Positions 12,807 through 25,731 are shown, counted from the stretch's first letter. The stretch: 64,000 bases of DNA from Octopus vulgaris (GCA_951406725.2 OX597835.1:1922001-1986000); one strand, 5' to 3'. The notes: generated by a model from the letters alone, not told the origin. Made by a program: numbers and translations.

Positions 12807-14110
12807 TGGAGGTGGGTTGAAAAGTTCATAGGCTGACTATGAAGGAGGGATGCGAGAGCTGTGAAATCTGGCTTGCATTCATTTCAACTCTTCTTCCTAA
12901 TAACTGCATTGTTTCTTTCCAGGTAAGCTGACATCTGACTGTTCAAAGAAGACTTCAAAAGTAACTAGTTGCGACTCCTCTTGAAAACAGACAAAATTTG
13001 GCAACGTATTATTAAGTACCCGTGGAAAGAGGGTTTAGCCCCCAAGGATATTCATGCTGACATCATCATCATCATCATCATTGTTTAGCGTCCGTTTTCC
13101 ATGCTAGCATGGGTTGGACGGTTTTACTGGGGTCTGTGAAGCCAGAAGGCTTCATCAGGCCCAGTCAGATCTGGCAGTGTTTCTACGGCTGGATGCCCTT
13201 CCTAACGCCAAGGATGCCCTTCCTTATATTAGAGGATGATGCTCCAGCTTTATCAACAGTGCAAAAGTGAGCAGCTGAACTTAGGAAGGGAATGACCCAG
13301 CATCTGGACATCCTGCGACTGCCAACACTGAGGAAAACACTTATTGTTTTCACCACATGGTGATGGATGACAGGCGATTGACAATAAATCAAACAGCCAA
13401 TGCATATGCGGTGAGAGAGTTGAGAATATTCTGCACAATGAACTTGGCATGACAAAGGTCTCTGCTCAGTGAGTGCAACGTCTTTGGATACCTGATCAAA
13501 AGGGCACCAGGCTGATCACATCATGGGAAAACCTAACATTGCTTGAGGCAAACCCAGCTCGTTTCCTTTAACATTTCCTAACCAAGGATGAGTGTTGTGT
13601 TCATCACTTTGAACCAGAAACAAAGAGGCAATCCATGCAGAGGAAACACTCCTCTTTACCTGCTCCAAAGAAAGCCATGGTCGTTTCATCTGCAGTGAAG
13701 GAGATGGCCTCAGTTTTTTGGGATGCAAAAGACATTGTTTCTTGAATGTCTTCAAAAGGGTAACACCATCGACGGAGAGAGCTATGCCAAGGCAGTTACA
13801 AAAGGATATTAACACCAAACACCTAGGACAACTGATGGAAGGGATCTTGTCTCATCAGGATAATGGTCCAGTATAAAAGTCCTTGTTTCAATGACTGCTG
13901 TGCATATCTGGCTTTGATCTGGTTGATCATTCTCCTGATTTGGCCCCATCTGATTATCACCTGTTCTCCACATCATACCTGCTGTTGATGGCTTTTTTGA
14001 CCAACAGGATGAAAGCTTTGTCACCTATGGGATCCAAGCACTGCAACACCAATGGAAGAAGTATGTGGACCACAAGGGAGACTATGTTGAAAATAAACCT
14101 CATTAACCAA
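12807..14110 (+). mobile_element. Decayed mariner transposon (transposase pseudogene)
   Basis: Mariner motifs appear in order with stops and frameshifts: DDAPALSTVQK*AAE, NILHNELGMTKVSAQ*V, FLTKDECCVHHFEPETKRQSMQ (TGDE), QDN, HSPDLAPSDYHLF (YSPDLAP) and C-terminal GDYVE. Confidence 0.88.
13061..13211 (-). mobile_element. Truncated retroposon 3' end with (GAT)n tail, inserted into the mariner
   Basis: Reverse strand TTGGCGTTAGGAAGGGCATCCAGCCGTAGAAAC...CCCATGCTAGCATGGAAAACGGACGCTAAACAATGATGATG. The same family occurs at ~14239-14382, 14898-15036, 20-160, 41610-41770 and 50150-50410. Confidence 0.85.
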
Positions 14111-14238
14111 GAAATTGTACACCTAAACAAAGACAAGTCAATTGTCATGTTTATCTAGACATTGTAGTCTATAATATATTTCTTTTTCTACTATATATAT
14201 ATCAAATTAAATAAATAAAAAAATTATTTTAAACATAA

Positions 14239-14382
14239 TTGGCATTAGGAAGGGCATCCAGCTGTAGAAACATTGCCAGATAAGACCGGAGTCTGGTGCA
14301 GCCTTCTGGCTTCCCAGATCCCCGGTCGAACCGTCCAACACATGCTAGCATGGAGAACGGACGTTAAACGATGATGATGATG
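14239..14382 (+). mobile_element. Truncated retroposon 3' end (GGAAGGGCATCCAG core, GAT tail)
   Basis: TTGGCATTAGGAAGGGCATCCAGCTGTAGAAAC...GGACGTTAAACGATGATGATG. Confidence 0.85.
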
Positions 14383-14866
14383 TCAAAATAAATAACTGAA
14401 ATATTTACAGTAGATCAAGATGGAAGCAGAAATTCCAGTCTCTAAAGACTCCATACCCTGACAGTTTCTGACAATTCCTTATTCAGGAATACTTTTTGAC
14501 TGAGGAAGAGGGGGCGCCATATGACTTCCTTATGAACCAATTAAGTTAGACACAGATACAATCTTTTTTTAAAAATTTTTTTTTTTTAAATGGAAATTAG
14601 TGGAAATAATTTGAGAAAACTTATCACAGACATGCCTTAAAGCAGAGATATGTTACCAGTTTATAATTTCTGCGTTTGCATACACTTGATCATTTTTCTC
14701 ATCTAGCTGTGATAACAGTTCTCTTCTTCAAATTCACTTACAAAGTATTGATTGCCAAGGAGCTATAGTGGAGAACACTTCTCCAAGGGGCATTGCAATG
14801 GGTCTAAACATGAAACCATGTGGTTGTAAACCATGCAGCCATAGCTAGCCAGAATTACCTAAAACA

Positions 14867-14901
<35 letters not shown>

Positions 14902-15843
14902 TGTTAGGAAGGGCATCCAGTCGTAGAAACCATGCCAAAACAGACATGGAGTCTGAACAGCCCTCCAGCTGGTCAGCTCCTGTCAAACTGTCCAACCTAC
15001 GCCAGCATGGAAAACAGACATTTGATGATGATGATGGCGACATGTGGTTCCCCCCCAGAATAAACCACCTACTTTTAGGAATATTAATAGCTAATATTAA
15101 ATGTAGCACCATTCTGCATTGATCTATTTCTGATATTAATAGCTTCACCTTGTCAAGTGTCAACTGTTGCATTATTTTAAACATGAACAGGTTATATATA
15201 CTCCAATTGTGTAGACAAGGTCTTCTCTTTTACAAGAAAACTCTTCCATAAGCCTATATATAACCTCTGAAACGCTCAACAGGGGACCAACTTTAACTTA
15301 TTAGCTCTACTTCTGTCTGTTATAAAGTACTGATAAGTTTTTAAATACCAATCAAATTCTGAATTTTACATGTCATTTCATAGATATTGATAAACTAGTG
15401 ATAAAAATCTTTCAGTACAAGTCGTCTTAATACTGCAGCATCTTTTCCCTGCTGCTACAGCTAACTTCCCTATTGTGCTTCAGTTTGGTCCAACAATCAT
15501 CAAATTTATTTTCAATAATACAACAAACTGGCAGAATCATTAGAGTGCCAGAAAAGGGCTTTCCAGCTCTTTACAACATAAGTTCAAATCTTGCAAAGCT
15601 TAACTTAGCCTTTAATCCTTTCAGGTCAATGGTATTGGGGGTCGATGGAATTGGGTTGTCCCTTGTCCTCAAACAGCTAGTCTTATGCCAAAATTAGAAA
15701 CAAAATGACTACTGTCATCTACTGGTATCAGGTAAGATGACAGCATCTTTCTGTGTTTCTATTCAATACCACATTACTTGGGAGACAATTTATGCATTCA
15801 CTACTAAGTACTTAGTTATACTTTAATGTCTGCATTCCACATA

Positions 15844-16167
15844 GGAGCACTCCGTCGGTTACGACGACGAGGGTCCCAGCTGATACGATCAACGGAACAG
15901 CCTGCTCATGAAATGAACGTGCAGGTGACTGAGCAATCCACAGACACGTGTAACCCTAACGAAGTTCTCAGGGAGATTCAGCATCACACAGAATGTGACA
16001 AGGCTGACCCTTTGAAATACAGGTACTACTCATTTTTGCCAGCCGAGTGGACTGGAGCAACGTGAAATAAAGTGTCTTGCTCAAGGACACAACGCGTCAC
16101 CAGGAATTGAACTCACGACCTTACAATCGTGAGCCGAAAGCCCTAACCACTAAGCCACACACCTTCA
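15844..16167 (-). mobile_element. tRNA-derived SINE, family C
   Basis: Minus-strand head GTGGCTTAGTGGTTAGGG...GAGTTCAATTCC followed by TTGTGTCCTTGAGCAAGACAC. A decayed inverted copy lies at ~22815-23112(+); related heads at ~42830-42930 and 49270-49345. Confidence 0.85.
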
Positions 16168-16450
16168 CATACATCAGATTGAACTGTCATTGAATGTACA
16201 TTTTTTTAATGCAATTTCTAGTGTATATCTTATAATACACATTCTACAAACTATAGACTAGATCAAATTTAATGACATGTATGAAATATGCTTGTCATTC
16301 TCAAGGTAACAACAACAAAAAAACAACTTTTTTTAAAATTAATTAAACTTCCTATGGAAAACATTCTATACTTCTATCTATATCAAACTCAAAACACATT
16401 ATTGTTGGCTCCACTCCAAAAGCTGCTTTCCAGAAACAATACCAGCAGCC

Positions 16451-17105
16451 CTTCTTCTTGTCTTGAGACAGCATTCACCCAGGGTGGGTTGAGCTGGCTT
16501 CATTCATCTTCAATGCTGCATCTCTCACAAACGCCGACCAGGCCTGGCAATTTGAGGCTAATGACCGCGTGATCTCCAACCACTCCCTATTCCAGCAGTG
16601 AATGCTGTAGACATTGGGGCCTAGGTTGGGTTCCAGATCAGCCTTGACCGTCATCAGCCAGGTTTTTTGTTGTCCCCCATATCGATTTCGCCAACCCTGA
16701 AGGGGAGCTGGGCAATTGCTTCGTAGATGAATTCTCCTGGTTGACGACGGAGGGCATGACCCAGCCAACGCAGACGTCTCGTTAGGATGACTTGTTGGAG
16801 GGAGGTGATTTTGCACTGGTGTCACACCGAATTGTTGGAGACAAAGTGATGCCATCGGACACGAAGGATGCAGCGTAGACAGAGGTGATTGAAGGATTCT
16901 AGTCGCTTAATATCTTCCACCCTCATCGGCCATGACTCGCTGCCATAAAGGAGAATCATTCAAACTAGTGCTTGGTAGATCCGTACTTTGGTAGTGCGTC
17001 GAATCTCAGATCTTGACCAGAGTCGTGCATTGAGTCTGTTGAAGGCTTGGCGAGCGTGGTCGATTCGTGTTTTAATGTCAGCCTCACCTTGACCTGTGAC
17101 CAGCA
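16451..17105 (-). mobile_element. 5'-truncated RTE-clade LINE (RT C-terminal region)
   Basis: Minus strand translates to EADIKTRIDHARQAFNRLNARLWSRSEIRRTTKVRIYQALV*...YGSESW...RRLRWLGHALRR, with stop and frameshifts, ending in a (GAA)-like tail. Confidence 0.9.
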
Positions 17106-17534
17106 GCCCTTATTTACTCACAGTCAGCTACAATCACCAGTCAGGATATTAGATCCCTATTACATCTTTGGATGACATACACAAATTAGATTTCCTGTCT
17201 ATATTTTAAACATGGTCACACCCTATTATCGTAAGGAATAAAGGATGCAATGGATAATGTAGTCCTAGACATACTGTATGTGAAAATATGACAGGATGGC
17301 CATTGCTGAAACACTTTTAATTAACAGTAATAATATACCTATTTCTCTGGTGATGCTGTCTTTTGAATAATTTTAGTTTTATCTTTGGTCCCAATCACCT
17401 GAGATCTGTTCTTGGTGACCACTTTCACAATACAAGAATTATCAGCTTACTATAGAGATCACCAGTCCAAATACCAGAACGTGTGTGTGTGTGAAATATT
17501 CAACAATGTATGAAATGACAGAATCTCCTCTTAC

Positions 17535-17645
17535 CTCCACCTTGCATCATTTTGTAGATTTTGCTTTCTATGTGTAGCTGTGGGTGTTTTGTCTTCACAC
17601 ATTCTAATTTGATTGCCACTTCCTCACCATTAGATATATCAGTAC
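17535..17645 (-). CDS. CSNK1D/E: Casein kinase I delta/epsilon-like, coding exon 2 (aa 26-63)
   Basis: tttttctcttaaag|GT ACT GAT ATA TCT AAT GGT GAG GAA GTG GCA ATC AAA ... CAA GGT GGA G|gtaaga = (G)[36 protein letters not shown](V). Contains catalytic K38 (VAIK) and E52; 111 bp, phase 1-1. Confidence 0.97.
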
Positions 17646-19349
17646 CTTTAAGAGAAAAACAAAACAGAAATAGATTTTGGAATTACATTAAAATAATACT
17701 GAACACAAAGGGAAAAGTTTATATTTTAAGGGAAGAAGGTAGAACTAGTTTTACTTTTCAAATCATTTAAGCAGCAGTGCAGCCCCCCCAATCATTACCT
17801 TTACTGAAGAAGAAATACTAGAAACCAACAACACCAGTGATGGGGTGTTTGTATCTGCACAAAGAAAACGGTTAAAATTTGTAAAGTAAAATAAATTTGT
17901 TGTGCAATGCAAAGAAGAAATGAATTACGAGAGGAAGGAGAGGAACACACTTTTACTGAAATGAGTTGTTTCACTGATATTAAACTCAAAAGGTAAAGAA
18001 TCTTCTTCTTATTCTACCATGCATCACACTTACTACAAGAACAAGTGACGGAATAAAGACATAAAAAAAACTAAGAGAACTTTCAACTGAGTGAACTGTT
18101 TTGAAAAATCCATATAAAAATAACAAAATAACTATACCAAACTATAAAGCATCTAATAAGACAAAGCCATCTCAAAACCTTGATTATCTTCAATACACAT
18201 GCACAAAAATTACTGCTTTAGCCCTAGGACTAGTTTAAAAATAAAACCTGCTGTTAAACCATCCAGTTATATCTACTCACAATGACCCCCCCCCTACCTT
18301 ACTGAAGTGATGCAGGAAGAAAACAACATGGGTTGCATTTGAAAGGAAAACAGTAAACATAAACTCTTGGTTGAGTTATCAGACATAATATCCGAGGGTT
18401 CCCTATGCATGAAAAAATAAAAGATGGGAAGGTGGTGGTGTACGTTTGATCAGAGCTGATTTAAGGTTAAGCAACAACCTTGCTAACAGAACAAACTTAA
18501 AAACGGTTGCTTAGTTTAGAGCGTTTGTTATGAACCGAGGGAAAATATGCTTTCCAAAAAAAATGGCCACATCAGCTTTGAGAAAGTTCTGCAGATATCA
18601 CAGCCTCACCAAAGAAAACATGAGAAACTTCCCTTCAAAATGAGCTTCTAGCATCACCTGCCTGAAGGTTTAGACCTAAACCAGACTATTAAGCAATTAA
18701 AACTTTTGCTAATAATTTGCCCAATCATACTGCCTGTGGTTACCTAATCATATCTCTGCAATTTGTAGGTGCCAGGCAGAGTTTAAGATTAGGAGGGAAA
18801 AAAACCCCAGCACCCGAATGTATGATTTGATTGCTCCCAATTGATCTACAAAAGCCATAGCGTGAGCCTACCTTCTCTGCATATCCTAAAAGGAAATCTG
18901 TACTAGATTACCCTTTTCAAAATAGAAGGTAAAAGCCAAACGCTTTGCTAAATACACAATTATAGATTTTGAAGAAAGGATTTCAGATATCTGTTAAAAT
19001 ACACAGTTAAGGAAAAAGAGAAAGAAAAAGAAAACTCAAACTGACTACTATGGTGGAAATTACTGACGACGTTTGTATACTTGAGAAGACTATAATCTTA
19101 ATATTGTGAGTAAAGCCCTTTACCAAAGTTCCTTATTCCAATGAAAAGCTTTGCTCAAAACAGTGTGATTCTTGTCTCCTCCCCACAACAAACAAACTCA
19201 TGAACCAAATTTAGGAACTTTACAGTTTTCCTCCAGTATTTGCTCACTTCTTTACTTTATGAAAATTATAACAATTAAAATAGATTAATTTCACACATAT
19301 TCATCAAAAACAGAGAATCTTTAAAATCATTTTCTGCTACATGAGAATA

Positions 19350-19785
19350 ATCATCATCGTTTAACGTCCACTTTTCTATGTTTGCATGGGTTGGACAGAG
19401 TTTATTGGAAGTAGATTTCTTGAGCTGGATGCCTTCCCTGTGACCAACCCTCACTTGTTTCCAAGCAAAGTCATATTTCCCCTCCAGGGTCAGACATGGT
19501 CTCAAGGAATGTTGGAAATGAATGACACACATTTACAACTATATTGAAATATGAAAACAAGGAAGCACAAACAGACAGACAGACACTCACAAATATGCAC
19601 ATATTCATATATATACATACAACCAGGGTTTTTTTCAGTTTCCTTCAACTAAATCCACTCATAAAGAGCTTTGGTTGGCCTAGGGCTATAATAGAAAACA
19701 CTTGCCCAAGATGCCATGCAGAGAGACTGAACCCAGAACCATATGGTTAGGAAGCAAACTTCTTACAAAACAGCCATGCCTGCAC
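19350..19785 (-). mobile_element. Composite SINE: family A head with GGAAGGCATCCAG/(GAT)n tail
   Basis: Family A head at the right end and CATCATCGTTTAACGTCCAC tail at the left. Similar copies at ~29370-29760, 33160-33480, 42290-42600 and 50440-50830. Confidence 0.7.
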
Positions 19786-22700
19786 CATAATGTGTAACAA
19801 TATTAAATTCCTGTGTTTGCCTTAAAAATAAATTTTTTAAACTGCAGTTTTCTTTCTTTTACTTCTAATAAAAAGAAGCATCCAGAGCATTACATCAGTA
19901 ATAATGTTCAGAGTAATGAACATTCAGAAATCTTTTATTTACAGTAGTTTAATCACTAACCAACACAGTGGGTCTGATTGTTTCACTTAGAGTTTCACTT
20001 AAGTCAAACCCAATGCACCTTTGTCCGAACATGTTTTTTTTTTTGCCAAAGCATACTCATTTAAAAGACTCATTTACACATAATCCTTCATCAGAGGAAC
20101 AACACAACAAAAACTCTATGTCCATGCTTAAACAAAACTGCACAATACATATAGTTAAAAGAAAATCTAAATGAGTCATTAGTATTCTTCATATTCTCTT
20201 CTAACTGGTACAAAACCATTCAAAGACAGTTTTTGTAAGATTGGCTTTTGTGAGGAATTAAAATCACTTGAAAAGTATCACATTTTTAGTATCTATTATT
20301 CCATAGAAATTAGATAACCTACAAGGCAAATGTAAAAAGGTCCTGGTTTTCTAATGGCAACCAAGAAAGATCAACAAAATTATCTTATGCAACTATTTTC
20401 AATGCTCTACTATCTAACCTTTTAGCTTAAGTTCTAAGAACAAACCTTTTGAGTTGAACCTATCTGACACTGCCTCTTGTTCTTTTATAAAAAAAACTAC
20501 CTATTTTAAAGTATTCATATCAAAACCAAAACCTTCCAATTAAAATTGTTTAAAACACCAGCTTCATAAATGAGTTTACTCAATTTCTCTGAATTCCTGA
20601 TTATTTAAAATAAAAAAAAACCCAAAGCATTTCAACAATATATTTCCTTACAGTCACAAATGGATTATAACTGCCCTACAAACCTCATATAAATCTCATG
20701 ATTAGGTTTCATCACATCTAAAACATTTTTTTTTTTACCCTAGTTACTTTTGGCTTGTCAGAACCATCCTTCAACTTATACACAACCTATCCCTCATTAC
20801 TAAATACCAGTACTCGCATTTTATAGCAAGCACCATACTGCCAACAATTAACAGATTTCATAGAGTGAGATTCCATTAGTCGACAGAAGCTTCTCCCTCA
20901 ATGCTGCTATTGCTACTGACAACTGATTAACCAAAGAAAGAGTTATCAACTTAGTATTATTCTATGTTTACACTACTTTTAATTTAATAAATGGTTCTCC
21001 ATCGGATTCCTGGAGTGCTACTTAACAGTGAAGACTAGGTCCAAAACAATCTTAATAGCAGTAGTACAAGAGAATAATAGAATTCTATAACTGGGGATAC
21101 TTCATGCTACAGACATGAAAAAAAAAAAAAAAAAGTATTCCACTTGATGCCAGAAAAAGATTGCAAATAAAATACGGGATTTTAATGTCTATTTTATGAG
21201 CAACAAGAGTCATAGGGTGCCAGGTTTGAAGTGACGAAAGGATCTTGTTAACTAATCAAAAACTAACTTGTGACTTGATTCTTTAAATATGCCCCAATTC
21301 AAAATGATAAACTCTATGACAATATATATATACAGGGGTAATATGAGATTTAAGGACAGCTAGAGTGTCTATTGGAGAAAACCTTCAATCAAAGCTGACT
21401 TTGGTGACCCTGTAAAACAGCCACATACTGAAGTTTTTTTCTGACATATTACAATACTGGTATACCACTGCCTTCTGGAATTCAATTTTCTTTTTTTACT
21501 TAAGTTACTAAGTGAACTTATCTATTTACAGTAAAGTGGACAGGGTCATACTGTGCAATTGTGTCATCACAACACTCCCAGCAGCCTGTCAGGCAGACCT
21601 TCCACTGTTACCATCCAATAAACTTCGCTCACAAGACTTTGGTCTATTTACAAACATGTGGCTGACAATTCACAGCTGAAGTAAATCAGACAGGATTTCA
21701 ATTAAGAAACATGATTTCTGTGATTCATACTTTAATGATTCAAAATTATAAATAATGAGCAGAAAATAAAATCAGTGTTGAAATCGTTAAACCAGACGTG
21801 ACATGTAATTTACATTATAGCTACATTGCACATATTTAACACTAAATTAATTTACAGTAAATTACATAATTAATTAAGTTTAGAACTTCTGGGTGGAAAA
21901 GAATGAAGGAATGGTATGTGAATTTAAATCTTGGAATTGATAAGCATCTTGAATTTCTGGAAATCAGTTCTAAAAGCAGAAATGTTAACAGAGATACTTG
22001 CAGAATAGTAAATGAACTAGATGTAAGCAAGATAAAACTTATATTTAACCAAAATCACATATCATACACAAGAGTTTTCTATTTAGTAGGGCTGTGGAGT
22101 TGGTACATAAAACATTTAACTGATTCCTCAATTTATGGTGCCATTGACCAACTGCTCTTTTTGTAATTCAACTAATGTGTTTCTTACATTAACTGAAAGC
22201 ACACAACATACAGTCACTGTAAGCCAGATTGTTGTGGATTTTTTTAAATTTTAAAGTGACAAACAAAAAGATAAACTAACAAAATTTTAAAGAAAAAGAG
22301 GATGTCTTCATGAAAAAGTCATAAAGTAAAAGAATATAAAAGAATTACACTACAAAAATGTTTATTAAAGAAAATCAGAAACATTTTTTTTTACTGTTTT
22401 GAAAATTTAAATACACCAAAAACAAACTGAACACCCAAAGTAACTTAAATGACTACTTCAAAAGGAACTCAATGAGCTACAAAACCCTTTTTGTGATTGA
22501 AAAATCCAAATCCAAAATTTAATAACATCTTCACTGCTTTAACCAGATCCTCCTTTATAAAAGCTCTTAAATCCGATTTGAACATTTTCGGTGCAGACAA
22601 CAGTCGCCTTTGTATTTGTAAAATTGTAAACTTTAAGGCATTATATAAATAATTTATATCTAGTCAGAATTAGTACATTTTTTCTGGCTCCAACTTCAGT

Positions 22701-23148
22701 AACCTAACAAATGCTTTTGACTCTGACACCCAGTTATTCAGAGCTAATAAAAGTTTTAAAGATTATTTCACATGAAGCACAAATATATTTTGTAGAGGAT
22801 TACCTATCAGATGGTTTTGTGGTTAGTGTGTCTTTGGCTCATGATCAATTGTAAGGTCAGGACTTCCAGGGTCACGTTGAATCTTTCAGCAAGTCACTTC
22901 ATTTCAAGTGGCTCCAGTCCACACAACTGACAATAATGAGTAGCACTTGTAATTCAAGGAGCCAGCCTTCTCACAATCTGTGTCACCGAGAACAACATTA
23001 AGGGTATGCATATCTGTGGAATGCTCAGCCACTTGCACATTAATTTCACAAGCAGGCTGTTCCACTGACCAGATCAACTGGAACCCTCATCGTTGTAACT
23101 GACAGAGTGCTAGTCACATATCAGGTATAGTAACCACATCTCTGATGT

Positions 23149-23521
23149 AGTAAAGATTTTTGCCAACATAACATGGTAGTCCTGGTTTAGGACGGATGTT
23201 GCTATAATTTAGACCCAGGAGACATCGTCTCCAGCTGGCTACACGACATGATCTGTGTCCTTATATTTTTGAACAAGGGAATCTAGCACCCCAACTCGGC
23301 TCAAAACAATATCTGTGTATCACAATTTACAGGTTATTTCCCTTCATCAGCACAGAATAATTGTTTTGAGCTGAGTGAGGGTGCTAGATTCCCTTGTTCG
23401 AAAATATAAGGACACAGATCGTGTTGTATAGCCAGCTGGAGACGATGTCTCCTGGGGCTAAATTACAGCAATATTTGTCCTAAACCAGGACTACCACGTT
23501 ATGTTGGCAAAAATCTTTACT
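23149..23521. repeat. 162-bp inverted repeat with a 49-nt spacer containing a decayed hammerhead (probable PLE inverted pseudo-LTR)
   Basis: Arms 23149-23310 and 23360-23521, roughly 90% identical by eye. The spacer on minus reads TCTGTG-CTGATGA-AGG GAAATAA CCT-G(T)AAA-TTGTGA-TA-CACAGA. Confidence 0.9.
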
Positions 23522-25075
23522 CCAAAGTACTATTGCTGAATATCTCTCGTGAGATTTAAAAATAGTAATTTTCTAATCTCTGATGCAGTTCAAAATAAAG
23601 GATATAACAGATTTTAAAATCCTTTTGGTTAAATAGATATTTTACATACATCGATGTAAATGAGCAATATTTTACCTATGTAACTTATTTTATTGTAATG
23701 AACTGAAATTTACTTCTCAGACCTCTGCTTATAACTTCATGCAATGTCTCCTCCTCTCCAGAACTATGTTCCTTCAACTCAGTTCAAACTCTTGTTAAAA
23801 CTGAACTACCAACTAAGCCCATCCTGTTATTCCAAACATCAAATACAGGAAGGACTGAAAATGTTATTGGTACCACTTCTTTGCCTTAATGAATTTAATT
23901 AATTCTAAGACTTCCTGAAGAATCTGGTTATTTTATATTGATTAGATCAATTCAATCAGATGTATTCACTTTATATAATGAGACAACATTATTGCTTTTT
24001 ATGTTATGCAATACAGAGAACAGGTTTTCAATATTCAAACCAGGTTAACAATTTCAATTCTATGAATACTCAATTCATAGAAATTCAAATTCAATCCATT
24101 TAACGAAATAAATGAAGAAAATTCAATATCTCAACACCAACTCCACAAATTCTTTCGAGTGGAATCATCAGGTGCAGTAGTGTCAGACACTTTGAACATT
24201 TGACAAAATCAACATTCTTGTCTACTATCCAGGCCAAGATTATATAGAGCAGCTTCAGTTCTACTTTATTCAAACAGTACGGGACAATTCTCTTGCATTC
24301 AAAATACAAAGGGAAGATTTCAAAAAAGTGAACCTGGCTTACCAAATCTTGAACCTAGCTTACCAACTGTTGGCAGAAAATATATATTCAAGTAGTGAGG
24401 CAAATTAATTCTTTATCAATAAAACAAATATCTAGCAGTCTTTGTGAAGTACAGTTACCACATTCTGAGGTTACAAAAATTGTTTCTGATCTGATGAATA
24501 ACATTCATCTTGAAAACAACAAATCTGAGATACAACTGTAACCAAGCTGGTGGTCAATGAAGACTTTAGAGCAGTATTTCTCATGGCAGGGAAGAATAGG
24601 GTTGAAAAGATGGACAAATTGATTTCTTGTTAATAAAGATGGAAATGCCAAAAGTTTCCACTAAAGAGTGGGGAGCTGGTATTTGTCATTATGAGAACCA
24701 CTGCGTTAGGAGTTAAAAGAAGACATCTCGGCTCTAAATACCTTTGACAATATCATTCAATCATTATAGATAGGAACGTTTATTCAGTCATTTTAGAGAA
24801 ATTAATTGGCCACAACATTTTCAAAGTGAATAAAGTCTATTTTATGGATGGCAGGGACTGACTAACTCCAAGATCAGAAGCAAACCAAGAAAAAAAGGTT
24901 GAAACTATTCAAAAAAGAGGTTTTAGTAAATACAACACAATACTGATAACAAGGCATTTTTGTTTTACATTTAAGTTTTGTTGCTTTATAGGAAACCAAA
25001 TATTTACTTCTGATGAAAGAGATGTTGCTAAAACTAGCAGCCAAATCTCACTCAAGTTACATCATATCATCTTAA

Positions 25076-25295
25076 CCCTCCAGCATTCAGTTACTATGTC
25101 AAATATGACATTTATTAATCCATGCTGTTTTGAATTAATCATCCATTATCTCGTAGCTTTGAGATTTTGATGTGATTATATTTTTAGGATGACATTGTGA
25201 AGTAGATGGATGTGAAGAGGCCACATCGGGTTGGTTTGAGAATAAAACAGGTAAAATATTTGGGTGAGATAATGGCTGGTTCAAGTGCTAAAGGG
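25076..25295. mobile_element. TTAA-flanked MITE (piggyBac-like), opposite orientation
   Basis: TTAA|CCCTCCAGCATTCAG ... GTGCTAAAGGG|TAAA; the interior is the reverse complement of the 59115 copy. Confidence 0.7.
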
Positions 25296-25522
25296 TAAAA
25301 AACACATTGGATAATATCGTCCTGGATCCACCGCCTACAAAATAGACGGAATGGTGAAGGATGTGGAAATTTATTTTTCATTATAGGTCTAACATGGAAA
25401 CAGACCACAACACAAACATTAAAGACAAAAGTTTAGTTATTCTTTGATACTTAAGTTATCTATTGGAAAAATCCAGGATGTTTGGGGCAGATCAAAATGC
25501 AGTTTGATTTCACATACATAAC

Positions 25523-25731
25523 ATTATTGATTGGTTTTAAGTGATATCATCATAGATTATGTGTGCATGCCAAGTTACTTATGTTACTGCAAGTATAACT
25601 TCCAGCTGATACGTTCATCATCATCATCATCATCGTTTAACATATCAGCTGGAAGTTATACTTGCAGTAACATATGTAACTTGGCATGCACACATAATCT
25701 ATGATGATATCACTTAAAACCAATCAATAAT
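25523..25731. repeat. 93-bp near-perfect inverted repeat
   Basis: Arms 25523-25615 and 25639-25731 with 2 mismatches; 23-nt spacer (CAT)6CGTTT. Confidence 0.92.

Larger units (their letters stand above)
2034..17534 (-). other. CK1 intron between coding exons 2 and 3 (~15.5 kb)
   Basis: GT-AG boundaries are phase-compatible (G|TA = Val63); filled with repeats. Confidence 0.92.

Noticed and set aside
21903-22166. 87-aa plus-strand ORF in intron 1
   Set aside because: No recognisable motif or splice support; the length is compatible with chance or a decayed TE.
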